DNA of 64,000 nucleotides from Gammaproteobacteria bacterium. Lineage in GTDB: Bacteria > Pseudomonadota > Gammaproteobacteria > SZUA-229. Made by a program: the position numbers and the translations under genes. Shown one piece after another: positions 19,915 through 30,677 of the stretch. The stretch spans positions 6,846-70,845 of the forward strand of contig JBFHWF010000003.1 in assembly GCA_041589175.1 (NCBI GenBank). Reading direction: 5' to 3'. Numbering within the stretch: position 1 is the stretch's first letter; every line of letters begins with the position of its first letter. The notes beneath the pieces were generated by a model. That model saw only the letters and a program-made list of their open reading frames with translations, did not search any database and was not told the origin of the DNA.

Positions 19915-20667
19915 ATGGCTAATTCAAAAAAACCTACCAGATCCGGGCAGGACCGGATCTATTCGCAACCTCGAGAAGCAATACAGGATTTTGTCTTTGA
20001 TACTAAGGTAGTTAGTGTTTTCGAAGACATGATTAATCGCTCTGTCCCTGGATATGCTGGATTATTATCAATGATTCCCGTGTTTACGCGCCGCTTTGTA
20101 ACAGCTTCGAGTAACTGTTATGACCTTGGGTGCTCGCTGGGTGCAGCTACACTATCTATGCAACAGTCTGTTATGTGTGACGATGTGACTATTTTTGCGA
20201 TTGATAACTCAGTGGCAATGGTGAGTAAGTGTAGAGATATACTTGACAAACATCGTAACCAGGTAAATGTCGACGTGCGTGAAGCTGATATCAATACTGT
20301 GACGATTGATAATGCGAGTATGGTGGTGATGAACTTTACCCTGCAATTCATTGACGAGGCTTCACGGGATAATGTGGTCGACAGGATCTATCAGGGTATG
20401 AATACAGGCGGGTTATTTCTGCTGTCTGAAAAAATCAGGTTTGACAGTGACGAACAGCAGCAGCTTATGACTGAGTTACACCATGAATTTAAAAAGGCTA
20501 ATGGCTATAGTGACCTGGAAATCAGTCAGAAGCGTACGGCTCTGGAGAACGTGCTGGTGCCTGAGACAGTTGAGGGGCATATACAGCGACTGAGGCAAGC
20601 TGGTTTTTCCCAGGTGTATTGTTGGTACCAGTGTTTTAATTTTATTTCGATTATGGCTGTGAAATGA
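19915..20667 (+). CDS. cmoA: Carboxy-S-adenosyl-L-methionine synthase
   Basis: 'FVFDTKVVSVFEDMINRSVPGYAGLL' matches the CmoA N-terminus. SAM-methyltransferase fold. Immediately followed by cmoB. Confidence 0.9.
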   Translation: MANSKKPTRSGQDRIYSQPREAIQDFVFDTKVVSVFEDMINRSVPGYAGLLSMIPVFTRRFVTASSNCYDLGCSLGAATLSMQQSVMCDDVTIFAIDNSVAMVSKCRDILDKHRNQVNVDVREADINTVTIDNASMVVMNFTLQFIDEASRDNVVDRIYQGMNTGGLFLLSEKIRFDSDEQQQLMTELHHEFKKANGYSDLEISQKRTALENVLVPETVEGHIQRLRQAGFSQVYCWYQCFNFISIMAVK

Positions 20668-21653
20668 TGACATTTGAAGATGAGTCGCTGGAATGCCTGT
20701 ATCAACAAATGCAAGGTAACGAGCTGGAACCCTGGATAGAATCGTTGCGTGTTAGTGTTAAAGCGGCTTTGAGTGATAACTCGAACTCAAAAATAAAGGA
20801 CTGGAGAAAAATTGTAGAACACCTGCCTGTCATCGAATCTCAGGGTGTTGATCTGGATGCGGCTGCGATAACAATATTGCCTGATTTAAAAAAAGGGAGT
20901 AAAGAGTATGATGAGCTTTACGGGCAATTAAAGCAGTTGATGCCGTGGCGCAAAGGTCCGTATTCGATCCACGGGGTTTATATTGATACCGAATGGCGCT
21001 CTGATTTTAAATGGCAGCGACTGGTGAATGAAATTGCGCCATTAAAATCAAGGCGAATACTCGATGTTGGTTGTGGCAATGGCTATCATGGCTGGCGTAT
21101 GATGGGTGAGGGTGCTGAACTGGTAATTGGTATTGATCCTTCTCCGTTGTTCTTTATGCAGTTCAGTGCTATTAAGCATTTTGCAGGCAAGCATAATATT
21201 TTTCACCTGCCAGTCGGCATTGAAGCACTGCCGGATAATTTACGGGCCTTCGATACGGTTTTTTCTATGGGTGTGTTTTATCACCGTCGTTCCCCCATTG
21301 ATCATCTGATACAACTGCGACAGGCTTTACGCGCTGGAGGTCAGCTGGTACTGGAGACGCTGGTTATAGAAGGCGATGAAAACACGGTGCTATTGCCCAA
21401 TGATCGATATGCGCAGATGCGTAATGTCTGGTTTTTACCAAGCAGTAAGGCGATACAGTTATGGCTGCGGCGTTGTGGATTCAATAATGTGCGTCTGGTG
21501 GATGAAACTGCAACAGGCTTCGATGAACAACGATCAACAGACTGGATGCAGTTTCACTCATTGCAGGAGTTTCTGGATCCTGATGATCAGAGCCGTACAG
21601 TAGAAGGCTACCCAGCGCCAGTTCGCGCTGTGTTTGTTGCAGATGCGCCATGA
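20664..21653 (+). CDS. cmoB: tRNA U34 carboxymethyltransferase
   Basis: 'MPWRKGPYSIHGVYIDTEWRSDFKW', 'VGCGNGYHGWRM'. 4-nt overlap with cmoA. Confidence 0.9.
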   Translation: MMTFEDESLECLYQQMQGNELEPWIESLRVSVKAALSDNSNSKIKDWRKIVEHLPVIESQGVDLDAAAITILPDLKKGSKEYDELYGQLKQLMPWRKGPYSIHGVYIDTEWRSDFKWQRLVNEIAPLKSRRILDVGCGNGYHGWRMMGEGAELVIGIDPSPLFFMQFSAIKHFAGKHNIFHLPVGIEALPDNLRAFDTVFSMGVFYHRRSPIDHLIQLRQALRAGGQLVLETLVIEGDENTVLLPNDRYAQMRNVWFLPSSKAIQLWLRRCGFNNVRLVDETATGFDEQRSTDWMQFHSLQEFLDPDDQSRTVEGYPAPVRAVFVADAP

Positions 21654-22171
21654 GTCGGTTGTCGAAGTTTAAAAGCTATCTTTCCGAGCATCGGCTGATA
21701 AAAATCGTCTTGCAGCTGCTACTTGTGGTACTGGTCTATCTGCTGGTAAGAAGTTATCAGTTACAGAGTGTTATATCGGGTACCGCGCCCGAGATTAATG
21801 CTACGCTTATAGATGGTAGCTCATTTGATTTACATGCTGAGTCGGCACAGCCAGTACTGCTGCGTTTCTGGGCCAGCTGGTGTCCTATTTGCGAATTTGA
21901 AAATAGTAACTATGCAGCACTGTCTAAAGATTATCGCGTAGTAAATATTGCGGTATGGAGCGGTACCGATCTGGAAGTCGAGAACTATTTGTATGAACAG
22001 CAGCTGAGTATGCCCGTGCTGGTGGATAATGAAGGTGAACTGGCGCGTTTGTATGGTGTAAAGGGTGTGCCGGTAAGCTTTTTTATCAATAATGGAGAGA
22101 TCGTGACGGTTGAGAGAGGTTATACCTCAGAAACCGGGCTCAGACTGCGCATGTGGTGGTTAACATTATAG
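21650..22171 (+). CDS. Membrane-anchored thioredoxin-like thiol:disulfide oxidoreductase (TlpA/ResA/DsbE family)
   Basis: N-terminal TM helix, then 'LLRFWASWCPICEFE' (WCxxC active site). Confidence 0.7.
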   Translation: MSRLSKFKSYLSEHRLIKIVLQLLLVVLVYLLVRSYQLQSVISGTAPEINATLIDGSSFDLHAESAQPVLLRFWASWCPICEFENSNYAALSKDYRVVNIAVWSGTDLEVENYLYEQQLSMPVLVDNEGELARLYGVKGVPVSFFINNGEIVTVERGYTSETGLRLRMWWLTL

Positions 22172-22213
22172 AAAGCAGCTTAATTACAGTAACGAACCCG
22201 TGGAAATGAATAT

Positions 22214-24022
22214 ATGTCGATAGAATTGATCAAGGAATCAGACATACACAGCCTGCCAGGGCTGTTTCGTGCAAGACTTGAACTGACGCCAGATGCGCCA
22301 GCATACCGTCAGTATGATGTCGCCAGTCAGCACTGGTCGAGCAGCAGCTGGAAAGAAATGGCAAATGAAGTGGCTCGCTGGCAGGCGGCATTCGATAAAG
22401 ATGGTCTGCAACCTGGAGACCGTGTCGCAATTATGGTGCGAAACTGTCGTGAATGGGTCGTGTTCGATCAGGCGGCATTAGGCCTGGGGCTGGTGACTGT
22501 GCCGCTGTATGTGGATGATCGTCCGGAAAATGTCGCCTATATTATTAATCATGCCGAAGTAAAGCTGCTGTTCGTTCAGGATAAATTGCAGTGGCGCCGC
22601 CTGCTTTCATCAAAAGTAGATCTGGGTGGATTGCAGCGCATTATCAGTATTAAACGAATATCAGAAGATGATGAGCCCGATGACCCCAAGCTGGAATCTT
22701 TATCTGACTGGCTGTTTGGATCTTCAGGGGAATTACAGACAAAAGAAAGTGATATCGATGAGCTGGCAACCATTGTTTATACCTCGGGTACCACGGGGCG
22801 GTCGAAGGGGGTTATGCTTTCTCATCGCAATATACTCGCGAATGCTTTTGCCGCTGCAGCATGTAATGACTGGGTAGAAGCGGAGCGTTTTCTGTCTTTT
22901 CTGCCGCTTTCGCATATGCTGGAGCGAACCGCAGGCTATTACCTGCCAATTATTCTGGGTGCAGAAGTTGTTTATGCACGCTCGATTGCACAACTGGCGG
23001 AAGACCTGATTAACATAAAACCTACCATACTCATTTCAGTGCCACGTATCTATGAGCGAGTATATGGAAAAATTCAGGATGGCCTGAAAGCCAAGTCAGC
23101 AGTGGCGCGGATGCTTTTCACATCGGCAGTGAATGTGGGCTGGCGAAAATTCGAATATGAACAGGGGCGTGCCAGCTGGCATCCATCCCTGCTCAGTTGG
23201 CCGTTATTAAACAGATTGGTAGCCGGTAAGATTCTCGAAAAGCTTGGTGGAGAGTTGCGTCTGGCTATCTGTGGTGGTGCGGCTTTGTCATCAGATGTGG
23301 CACGTCTGTTTATTGGTCTGGGCTTGCCATTACTGCAGGGTTACGGTTTAACAGAATCCAGTCCGGTTATTACCGTGAATCGACCCGGCGATAATATTCC
23401 GTCCAGTATTGGTACGGTGGTACCAGGCACGGAAATTCGTGTTGGTAAACATGATGAGCTGCAGAGCCGCGGGCCATGCTCAATGCTCGGGTACTGGAAA
23501 AATGAGCAGGCTACCACTGAAACTTTTACCGATGATGGCTGGTTAAAAACAGGTGATAAGGTTCGTATCGATGACGATGGGCACGTCTATATCACAGGCA
23601 GGCTCAAAGATATTATTGTGCTGGCTAACGGTGAAAAAGTGCCGCCCAATGACATGGAGCTGGCGATTGCACTGGATTCGCTGTTTGATCAGGTGATGGT
23701 GATCGGTGAGGCGCGAGCCTATCTTTCTGTGTTGCTGGTACTGAATCCGGATGCCTGGAAAGAAATGGCAGTTAATCTGAGTATTCATCCCGACTCGCCC
23801 GGTGCATTTCAGCAGCGCAATGTTGAAAAAGCTGTGCTTAAACGTGTGAGTGAGCAATTAAAAGATTTTCCGGGTTATGCAAAAATCAGGCGGGCCTACA
23901 TGACACTGGATCCCTGGACGGTCGATGATGGCCTGCTAACGCCGACATTGAAAGTGAAGCGGCCAAAAGTGATGGCTGCGCTTGCCGATGAAATAGAAAA
24001 ACTATATGAAGAACGTAAGTAG
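22214..24022 (+). CDS. Long-chain fatty acid--CoA ligase (AMP-dependent synthetase, FadD-like)
   Basis: AMP-binding motif 'IVYTSGTTGRSKGVMLSHRNI', 'GYGLTESS', and C-terminal 'TGRLKDII'. Confidence 0.85.
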   Translation: MSIELIKESDIHSLPGLFRARLELTPDAPAYRQYDVASQHWSSSSWKEMANEVARWQAAFDKDGLQPGDRVAIMVRNCREWVVFDQAALGLGLVTVPLYVDDRPENVAYIINHAEVKLLFVQDKLQWRRLLSSKVDLGGLQRIISIKRISEDDEPDDPKLESLSDWLFGSSGELQTKESDIDELATIVYTSGTTGRSKGVMLSHRNILANAFAAAACNDWVEAERFLSFLPLSHMLERTAGYYLPIILGAEVVYARSIAQLAEDLINIKPTILISVPRIYERVYGKIQDGLKAKSAVARMLFTSAVNVGWRKFEYEQGRASWHPSLLSWPLLNRLVAGKILEKLGGELRLAICGGAALSSDVARLFIGLGLPLLQGYGLTESSPVITVNRPGDNIPSSIGTVVPGTEIRVGKHDELQSRGPCSMLGYWKNEQATTETFTDDGWLKTGDKVRIDDDGHVYITGRLKDIIVLANGEKVPPNDMELAIALDSLFDQVMVIGEARAYLSVLLVLNPDAWKEMAVNLSIHPDSPGAFQQRNVEKAVLKRVSEQLKDFPGYAKIRRAYMTLDPWTVDDGLLTPTLKVKRPKVMAALADEIEKLYEERK

Positions 24023-24032
24023 GCACTGATAC

Positions 24033-24449
24033 ATGTTTAATCATCAGCTTCCTGAGGGAAAGATTCCGGTCATTCGTTTACCTGCTATGCCAGCGGATCT
24101 AAATGAAGGCGGTACGGTGTTTGGCGGCTGGATTATGTCACAGGTTGATATTGCCGGCAGTATTCCAGCATCGGAACGTGCAGGCGGTGCCGTGGTGACG
24201 CGAGCGGTGGATTCTTTCGAGTTCAAGCGCCCCGTTTATGCTGGCGACCTCATTAGCTGCTATGCTGAAGTTGTATCAGTCGGTAGAACATCGATTACCG
24301 TGCATGTTGAGGTGTATGCGCAGCATATGCACCAGGGAGTGGTTACAACGATAGCGGTGACCGAAGCGAATCTGGTGTATGTTGCGATCGATGAGCAGGG
24401 CCGTCCGCGAGCTGTTCCCCCTGAAACACCGACTGAAAAAACCGATTGA
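24033..24449 (+). CDS. Acyl-CoA thioesterase, YciA-like hotdog fold
   Basis: 'NEGGTVFGGWIMSQVDIAG' matches YciA-type thioesterases. 138 aa. Confidence 0.75.
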   Translation: MFNHQLPEGKIPVIRLPAMPADLNEGGTVFGGWIMSQVDIAGSIPASERAGGAVVTRAVDSFEFKRPVYAGDLISCYAEVVSVGRTSITVHVEVYAQHMHQGVVTTIAVTEANLVYVAIDEQGRPRAVPPETPTEKTD

Positions 24450-24514
24450 TTATTCAAAATACAGGTTTATTATTAATTTTGTCCACAAAAGAAATAAAAG
24501 CAGGGTCTAAAAAT

Positions 24515-25945
24515 ATGAAAAGAAATCACTCAGTGCGTATCGCAGTCGCTGCAGCACTCGCGAGCGGCTTTATTAGTACTCAGGTGTCAGCAGCGGGTTT
24601 TGCACTTATCGAAAACAGTGCCAGTGGTATGGGTAATGCTTATGCGGGTGCCTCAGCAGTTGCTGAAGATGCCTCAACCGTATGGTTTAATCCAGCGGGT
24701 ATGACGCGCCTCAAAGGAAGTCAGATAGCAGTGGCAGGGCATATTATTCTCCCAGATGCTAAATTTAATGATAATGGTTCTGCACAAAGTCCGGCAGCAG
24801 GTGGTATTCCACTATCGGGTGACACTGATGATGGCGGAGCGAGTGCGTTTGTGCCGAACTTCTATTATGTTACAGAGCTGGGTGGAAATGCCTGGTTTGG
24901 TGTAGGTGTAACAGTACCATTTGGGTTATCAACGGATTATAGTGATGGATGGCTTGGTCGCTATCATGCCACCCTGTCTGAAGTTTCAACTATCAATATT
25001 AATCCCAGTTTTGCATTTAAACACGACGATAAACTTTCAATTGGCCTTGGCTTAAGTTTTCAGTACATTGAAGCCAAACTGGAAAACAGAATTGATTCGA
25101 CTCTGACCTGTGCAGGCATTCAGCAGGTTATTGATGCTCAATCTCCTGGTGCCGGTGCAGCAGTTGATTGTTCCGGGACGACATTTCCCGGTGATGCCAG
25201 CATCGATAGTGCACAGTCACTGGAAGGTGATGACTGGAACTGGGGCTGGAATCTGGGCATGTTGTATGAGATTGATAGTAGTTCGCGTGTAGGTGTTTCC
25301 TATCGCTCATCGATTGATGCAAACCTTGAAGGTGATGTCGACTTTACTCTGGATCCAAGTTTACAGACTGCGCTGGCCAGTTTTACTAATCCGCCTTTCG
25401 CCGGTACATCAGCACAGGCATTTGCGGCGTTTCTGTCAGATACTGGCGTAAAGGCGGGTATTGAGTTGCCTTCGCAAATTTCGGTAAGTTACTACCGTGA
25501 TGTGTCAGAAGACTTCGCGATTCTGGCGGATATCACCTGGACGGAATGGAGTAATTTTGATGCGCTCGTTATCAAGTTTGATAACCTGGTTCAGCCAACG
25601 TCAACTCAGCCTGAAAACTGGGAAGACTCTTTCCGATTTGCTATTGGTGCAAACTATCGTATGGATGACAGTACATTGCTGCGCTTCGGTGTTGCCCATG
25701 ACCAGACACCTATTCCAAACGCCGAAGATCGTACTGCACGTATCCCAGGTGATGACCGTACCTGGCTGAGCCTGGGTGCAACGTTTGATCTGGATGCCGA
25801 AACCAGTATTGATGTCGGATTTAGTCATCTGATTGTCGGTGATGCTGAAATCAATAACTCGGTGCCTGGCTCAGGGCAGACGCTGACGGGTGAGTTCGAT
25901 GCGGATGTTAATATCCTCAGCGTACAGGGTAACTTTAAATTCTAA
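24515..25945 (+). CDS. Outer-membrane long-chain fatty acid / hydrophobic compound transporter (FadL/TodX family)
   Basis: Signal peptide 'MKRNHSVRIAVAAALASGFISTQVSA', 'GFALIENSASGMGNAYAGA', and a beta-barrel ending in the C-terminal aromatic 'GNFKF'. Confidence 0.8.
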   Translation: MKRNHSVRIAVAAALASGFISTQVSAAGFALIENSASGMGNAYAGASAVAEDASTVWFNPAGMTRLKGSQIAVAGHIILPDAKFNDNGSAQSPAAGGIPLSGDTDDGGASAFVPNFYYVTELGGNAWFGVGVTVPFGLSTDYSDGWLGRYHATLSEVSTININPSFAFKHDDKLSIGLGLSFQYIEAKLENRIDSTLTCAGIQQVIDAQSPGAGAAVDCSGTTFPGDASIDSAQSLEGDDWNWGWNLGMLYEIDSSSRVGVSYRSSIDANLEGDVDFTLDPSLQTALASFTNPPFAGTSAQAFAAFLSDTGVKAGIELPSQISVSYYRDVSEDFAILADITWTEWSNFDALVIKFDNLVQPTSTQPENWEDSFRFAIGANYRMDDSTLLRFGVAHDQTPIPNAEDRTARIPGDDRTWLSLGATFDLDAETSIDVGFSHLIVGDAEINNSVPGSGQTLTGEFDADVNILSVQGNFKF

Positions 25946-25965
25946 GTTAAACACGCCAGGCTGAA

Positions 25966-26000
25966 AAAAAAGCCCCCGGCACAGTGTGTCTGGGGCTTTT
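25966..26000. terminator. Rho-independent (bidirectional) terminator
   Basis: A-run, then AGCCCC...GGGGCT stem, then TTTTCTATTTT. Sits between the convergent fadL-like and minus-strand genes. Confidence 0.6.
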
Positions 26001-26006
26001 CTATTT

Positions 26007-26495
26007 TCAGCCTCTCAGTTTCCATAAAGGCGTCTGGTCTTTATCGATAAGCTGATGTTGTATCAGCCAGTCCAGCGCATCTTCAGCATCTGATGTGAAC
26101 CACGCCTCGCTGGAACCCAGCCGAAAAGTGTAACCCCATTCATCCATGTCACGGAACATCTGTGCTCTGTTAAAGCCGGGCAGGTAGTCGCTCAGGAGAA
26201 TCGATAGATAACACACCGCATTTTCTTCATCAAAATCGCCACCCGCATTGGTGTGTAACTGGTGGCGTCGCTGTGCAGGCATGCAGATGTAATGGCAGGA
26301 CTCGTGGAGAGCAGAGTGCACCGGTGTGTCGTTACGAATGTAGAGTGAATCAGCAACCAGACCAGCCTCCGGTTCACCAAACCAGCTGCCGGGAATCTTT
26401 TCGCCTTCGTCGACAATCTTGAGTCGCAGGGAATAGCGCGACAATACATTGCGCAGGGAGTCGTAGCCAATTGCCTGACAGCAGACAACAGGCAT
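26007..26495 (-). CDS. Hypothetical protein (162 aa), translationally coupled downstream of rdgB
   Basis: ORF whose start lies 3 nt from the rdgB stop. Contains 'HESCHYICMP'. No family recognised. Confidence 0.5.
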   Translation of the reverse strand: MPVVCCQAIGYDSLRNVLSRYSLRLKIVDEGEKIPGSWFGEPEAGLVADSLYIRNDTPVHSALHESCHYICMPAQRRHQLHTNAGGDFDEENAVCYLSILLSDYLPGFNRAQMFRDMDEWGYTFRLGSSEAWFTSDAEDALDWLIQHQLIDKDQTPLWKLRG

Positions 26496-26497
26496 GG

Positions 26498-27085
26498 TTA
26501 GCTGAGCTGCTCAAGTAATGACTGGAGTGCTTTTGCGCGATGGCTAATCCTGTTTTTTTCTTCAAGGCTCAGTTCAGCGGCACTGCATTGTCGGTCTGCT
26601 AGCCAGAACAGGGGGTCATAGCCGAAGCCACTGTCACCACGGGGCGCAGTAAGAATCGTGCCTTCCAGTGATCCCTGTGCAATGACGGGCGTCGGATCGT
26701 CAGCGGATTTCATAAAAACCATGACACACTGATAACGAGCCGTGCGCTGTTCTGGCTCGATGCCATCGAGAGATGCGAGTAGCTTCTGGTTGTTTGAGAC
26801 ATCTGTTGCGCCATCGCCGGAAAAGCGCGCGGAATAGATTCCGGGTGCTTTGTTCAGTGCATCGACTTCGATGCCTGAATCGTCAGCAATGGCTGGCAGG
26901 CCAGTATATTGACAGGCATTACGGGCTTTCTTGATGGCATTCTCGACAAAGGTCAGGCCATCCTCAACGGCTTCAGGCACATCGAAGTCATTTTGTGAAA
27001 GCACCTCAAAACCGGCGGATGACAGGATAGCGTTCATTTCTCGAAGCTTGCCAGCGTTGCCGCTGGCGAGAACGACCTTGTTCAT
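26498..27085 (-). CDS. rdgB: dITP/XTP pyrophosphatase (Ham1/RdgB)
   Basis: '[14 protein letters not shown]' and 'GFGYDPLF' are Ham1-family signatures. Confidence 0.9.
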   Translation of the reverse strand: MNKVVLASGNAGKLREMNAILSSAGFEVLSQNDFDVPEAVEDGLTFVENAIKKARNACQYTGLPAIADDSGIEVDALNKAPGIYSARFSGDGATDVSNNQKLLASLDGIEPEQRTARYQCVMVFMKSADDPTPVIAQGSLEGTILTAPRGDSGFGYDPLFWLADRQCSAAELSLEEKNRISHRAKALQSLLEQLS

Positions 27086-27798
27086 GCGGACAGGGCCTCT
27101 TCCTGGGCCTGCATCAGTTCGCCAATGCCCTTACGAGCAAGCTCAAGCATGGCATTGAGTTCATCCATGCGAAATGCATGACCTTCAGCCGTGCCCTGAA
27201 CTTCGATAAAGGCATCGGCATCGTTCATCACGACGTTCATATCAGTTTCGGCATTGGAGTCTTCCGGGTAATCCAGGTCCAGCACAGGGGTGCCGTTATA
27301 GATGCCCACAGAAACCGAAGCCACCTTTCCGAACAGTGGGTTCTTGTTGATTTTCTTATTGTCGAGAAGATACTGGATCGCATCCGCGAGCGCGACATAG
27401 CCGCCAGTAATAGACGCAGTACGCGTACCACCATCAGCCTGAATGACATCACAGTCAATCGTTATGGTGTGTTCACCCAGTGCGTCCAGGTTGATTGCTG
27501 CACGTAGAGAGCGACCTATCAGACGCTGAATTTCGAGTGTTCGTCCACCCTGTTTACCACGGGAGGCTTCGCGCCCGGTACGCGTGCCGGTTGAGCGAGG
27601 AAGCATACCGTACTCGGCCGTAACCCAGCCGGAACCCTTGCCGCGCATCCAGCCAGGAACCTTGTTCTCGACCGAGGCGGTACACAGTACTCGGGTATTG
27701 CCAAATTCAACCAGCACAGAGCCTTCGGCATGCATGGTGTAATTTCGTGTTAGTTTGACCTGTCGCATTTCATCAGGCGCACGGTTACTCGGTCTCAT
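27082..27798 (-). CDS. rph: Ribonuclease PH
   Basis: Aligns with E. coli Rph from '[44 protein letters not shown]' onward. Start placed at that Met, 5 codons inside the track ORF. Confidence 0.9.
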   Translation of the reverse strand: MRPSNRAPDEMRQVKLTRNYTMHAEGSVLVEFGNTRVLCTASVENKVPGWMRGKGSGWVTAEYGMLPRSTGTRTGREASRGKQGGRTLEIQRLIGRSLRAAINLDALGEHTITIDCDVIQADGGTRTASITGGYVALADAIQYLLDNKKINKNPLFGKVASVSVGIYNGTPVLDLDYPEDSNAETDMNVVMNDADAFIEVQGTAEGHAFRMDELNAMLELARKGIGELMQAQEEALSA

Positions 27799-27913
27799 AT
27801 TTTCTCCTGTCATAGATACGGTGAATTATACTGTTTTTATCGTGCTCAAGTCATAATCTTGTTTGCACGTGTTACACTGAGCAAATCGAGTGTCGGATGA
27901 TAAAGGGTAAATT

Positions 27914-28780
27914 ATGACAAACAGCATGACGGCCTTTGCAAGTAGTGGTGAGGAGCAGCCCTGGGGGTCCATTGTTTGTGAGCTACGCACGGTGAATCAT
28001 CGTTATCTTGATATCTCGATCAAACTCCCTGAAGAATTACGTGCACTGGAAAACCCGATACGTAGCCGGCTGACTGAGCGACTGAAGCGGGGCAAGCTTG
28101 AGTGTGTGTTGCGATATCGAGCACAGCCTGTAGCAGAATCAGGGATGCAGATTAATGAAGCGCGTGCAGAAGCCGTGCTCAAGGCCTGCCAGGCAGTGAA
28201 TAAGCGTCTGCATCAGCCGAGTGAAATTAATGCTATTGAAGTCTTGAAGTGGCCCGGTGTGGTCGAAGAGGCAGATATTGATCTTACATCGGTGTCTGAG
28301 GTGGCACTGAAGCAGTTTGATGTTGCACTGGATGCGCTGTGTGAATCACGTATGGCGGAAGGCTTGCGATTGCAGCAGATGATCGAAGAGCGATGTCAGC
28401 AGATGCAGCATATTGTGACGCAGTTAAAGTCCCGTAGAGAAGATATCATGCAGAGCGTACGTCAGCGCCTGCAGTCGCGACTTGAAGACTTAAAAGTCGA
28501 ATGTGATAACGAGCGGTTTGAGCAGGAGGTGGTATACCTGTTACAGAAAATCGATGTAGATGAAGAGCTGGATCGTTTGCAAAGTCATCTTACAGAAGTT
28601 GCGGATGTATTTTCCCGAAAGGAACCAATAGGGCGTCGTCTGGATTTTTTAATGCAGGAATTTAATCGTGAAGCAAACACGCTTGGATCCAAATCGCCGG
28701 ATATTGAATCTACGCAATTTGCAGTTGAACTTAAAGTACTAATCGAGCAGATGCGTGAGCAGGTGCAGAATATCGAGTAG
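27914..28780 (+). CDS. yicC: YicC family stress-induced protein
   Basis: 'MTAFASSGEE...CELRTVNHRYLDI' and C-terminal 'EFNREANTLGSKS' match the YicC N/C domains. Divergent from rph, as in E. coli. Confidence 0.85.
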   Translation: MTNSMTAFASSGEEQPWGSIVCELRTVNHRYLDISIKLPEELRALENPIRSRLTERLKRGKLECVLRYRAQPVAESGMQINEARAEAVLKACQAVNKRLHQPSEINAIEVLKWPGVVEEADIDLTSVSEVALKQFDVALDALCESRMAEGLRLQQMIEERCQQMQHIVTQLKSRREDIMQSVRQRLQSRLEDLKVECDNERFEQEVVYLLQKIDVDEELDRLQSHLTEVADVFSRKEPIGRRLDFLMQEFNREANTLGSKSPDIESTQFAVELKVLIEQMREQVQNIE

Positions 28781-28791
28781 ACGCTGTAGCG

Positions 28792-29184
28792 TTAGTCAGT
28801 TATATCGGCAGTTAATGAGTGAATGCTGGACACCAGCTTGGTAAAATCTACGGGCTTCGTTTCGTAAGCATCACAACCGGCTTCCAGGCCACGCAGAATG
28901 TCACTATCCCTGGCATGAGCTGAAAGACCAATGATTGGTATGTGTTGTGTTTTAGAGGCTGCCTTGAGGCGCCGAGTGGCTTCCCAGCCATCCATCACGG
29001 GCAAACTCATGTCCATTAATATAATGTTCGGATAAAATTTGCTTGCCTTGTCGATAGCTTCTTCACCATTGACTGCGCTACATATATCAAAACCTCTCCT
29101 TTCCAGGCGCCGACATATCATATCCAGGTTCATTTCATTGTCTTCAACAACCAGTATTTTAATCACATTAAACGACCCGTACAT
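28792..29184 (-). CDS. Single-domain response regulator (CheY-like REC)
   Basis: '[13 protein letters not shown]', '[15 protein letters not shown]'. The start is ambiguous; the track ORF overlaps the 3' end of the upstream kinase gene by 22 nt. Confidence 0.8.
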   Translation of the reverse strand: MYGSFNVIKILVVEDNEMNLDMICRRLERRGFDICSAVNGEEAIDKASKFYPNIILMDMSLPVMDGWEATRRLKAASKTQHIPIIGLSAHARDSDILRGLEAGCDAYETKPVDFTKLVSSIHSLTADITD

Positions 29185-30677
29185 GCTTCGGATTTTAGCG
29201 GTAGTCGCGCAGTGAATGTAGACCCACTACCAAGCTCGCTTTCAACAATAATGTCGCCACCCATAAGTCGACAGAAGCGGCGGCAGATGGCAAGCCCTAG
29301 TCCAGTGCCGCCATATTCACGTGTTGTTGAGTCATCAGCCTGAACGAACTCGGTAAACAGGCGCTCTACCTGTGCTTCGTCAATGCCAATGCCTGTATCG
29401 ATAACCTTAAAGTTCACCATGTTGTAGCGGTCAACATCTACTTCGAGGTGAATGTCTCCATTGCGTGTGAACTTGCATGCGTTTGAAATAAGATTGAAGA
29501 GTATTTGCTTAACGCGAGTGACATCAGAGCACATGGTCAGGCTGGGGTCGTTTATCTGATAAGTGAAATGATTGTTGTTGTTTTTAACCATGGGGGAAAC
29601 CATGCTGGCAGTTTCATTTATCATCGGCTTGACATCAAAGACTTCCGGCATTAACTGCATCTTTCCAGCTTCAATTTTCGAAATATCCAGAACGTCATTA
29701 ATAAGGTTCAACAGGTGTTTACCCGCACTTGAAATTCGCTCAAGATCTTTCAGTGTCTGCTTGTCTCTATCGCTGGTTTCTTCAAGGAGTAATTCGCTGT
29801 AACCAATGATTGCATTTAGTGGTGTACGTAGTTCATGGCTCATGTTAGCAAGGAAGGCGCTTTTTGCCTGGCTAGCTGCAAAAGCCTGATCACGCGCATG
29901 GGTAAGTTCATCGGTCAGTGACTGCAGGGCATCACGTTGTTCCTGTACCTTGAGTGTCGCCATGCGTCGCTCGCTGGCCTGTGATGTCAGCTTCTTCTCA
30001 TTTTCCTGAATATGGTCAAACATCTTGTTCATAAAACTTGCAAGAACACCAAATTCATCTTTGCTGTCGATATCAAGTCGAATATGCTTGTTACCAGAGG
30101 CAAATTGCTGAATAGCACTTTCGAGTTTCTGAAAGGGTTGGCGCACATATTTGTCGATAATCAGGCCGAGAAATGCACCCAGTGCAACGAGTGAAATACT
30201 GAAGGCCATAAAAATCTGAATTTGCCTGTTGCGAACGGCCTGTTCAATGGGTGTTGCAAGTGCATTGATGACAAGACGAGGGTGGTTTTCAAATTCTCTT
30301 TTGATAAGGTGTAGTGAGTCGGCGGCGTGGCCAAAACTAAACAGGCGATTGTTGTAGATGATTTCGACTTTGTGAAAATCATCGCTCGCAAGCAATGGGC
30401 TAACGATGTTGTTGAGTCTCTCTTCCAGTGCTTCACTGTTGGTTTCGACCTGTATTAAGACTCGATAGGATAGTTGATCGAGTAGCATCTGTTGCTCGTT
30501 AACCGTTTTTTCTCGCACCTGGCTGATTAACAGGCTCGCAAATAACATGCTGAAGAAAGTAAGCGACCAGAGCACAATCGAGGTAATGCGAACTGCAATT
30601 TTGGCCTGCCAGTTTCGTGACCAGTCTTCGGTGACATGAATTGCGCGTTGTAAGGTGGAGCCAGATTGCTGTTTCAT
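29163..30677 (-). CDS. Membrane sensor histidine kinase (HAMP, HisKA, HATPase_c)
   Basis: H-box '[19 protein letters not shown]', 'DTGIGI', 'GGTGLGLAI'. Start placed at 'MKQQSG', where ATGA overlaps the upstream membrane-protein stop. Confidence 0.85.
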   Translation of the reverse strand: MKQQSGSTLQRAIHVTEDWSRNWQAKIAVRITSIVLWSLTFFSMLFASLLISQVREKTVNEQQMLLDQLSYRVLIQVETNSEALEERLNNIVSPLLASDDFHKVEIIYNNRLFSFGHAADSLHLIKREFENHPRLVINALATPIEQAVRNRQIQIFMAFSISLVALGAFLGLIIDKYVRQPFQKLESAIQQFASGNKHIRLDIDSKDEFGVLASFMNKMFDHIQENEKKLTSQASERRMATLKVQEQRDALQSLTDELTHARDQAFAASQAKSAFLANMSHELRTPLNAIIGYSELLLEETSDRDKQTLKDLERISSAGKHLLNLINDVLDISKIEAGKMQLMPEVFDVKPMINETASMVSPMVKNNNNHFTYQINDPSLTMCSDVTRVKQILFNLISNACKFTRNGDIHLEVDVDRYNMVNFKVIDTGIGIDEAQVERLFTEFVQADDSTTREYGGTGLGLAICRRFCRLMGGDIIVESELGSGSTFTARLPLKSEACTGRLM

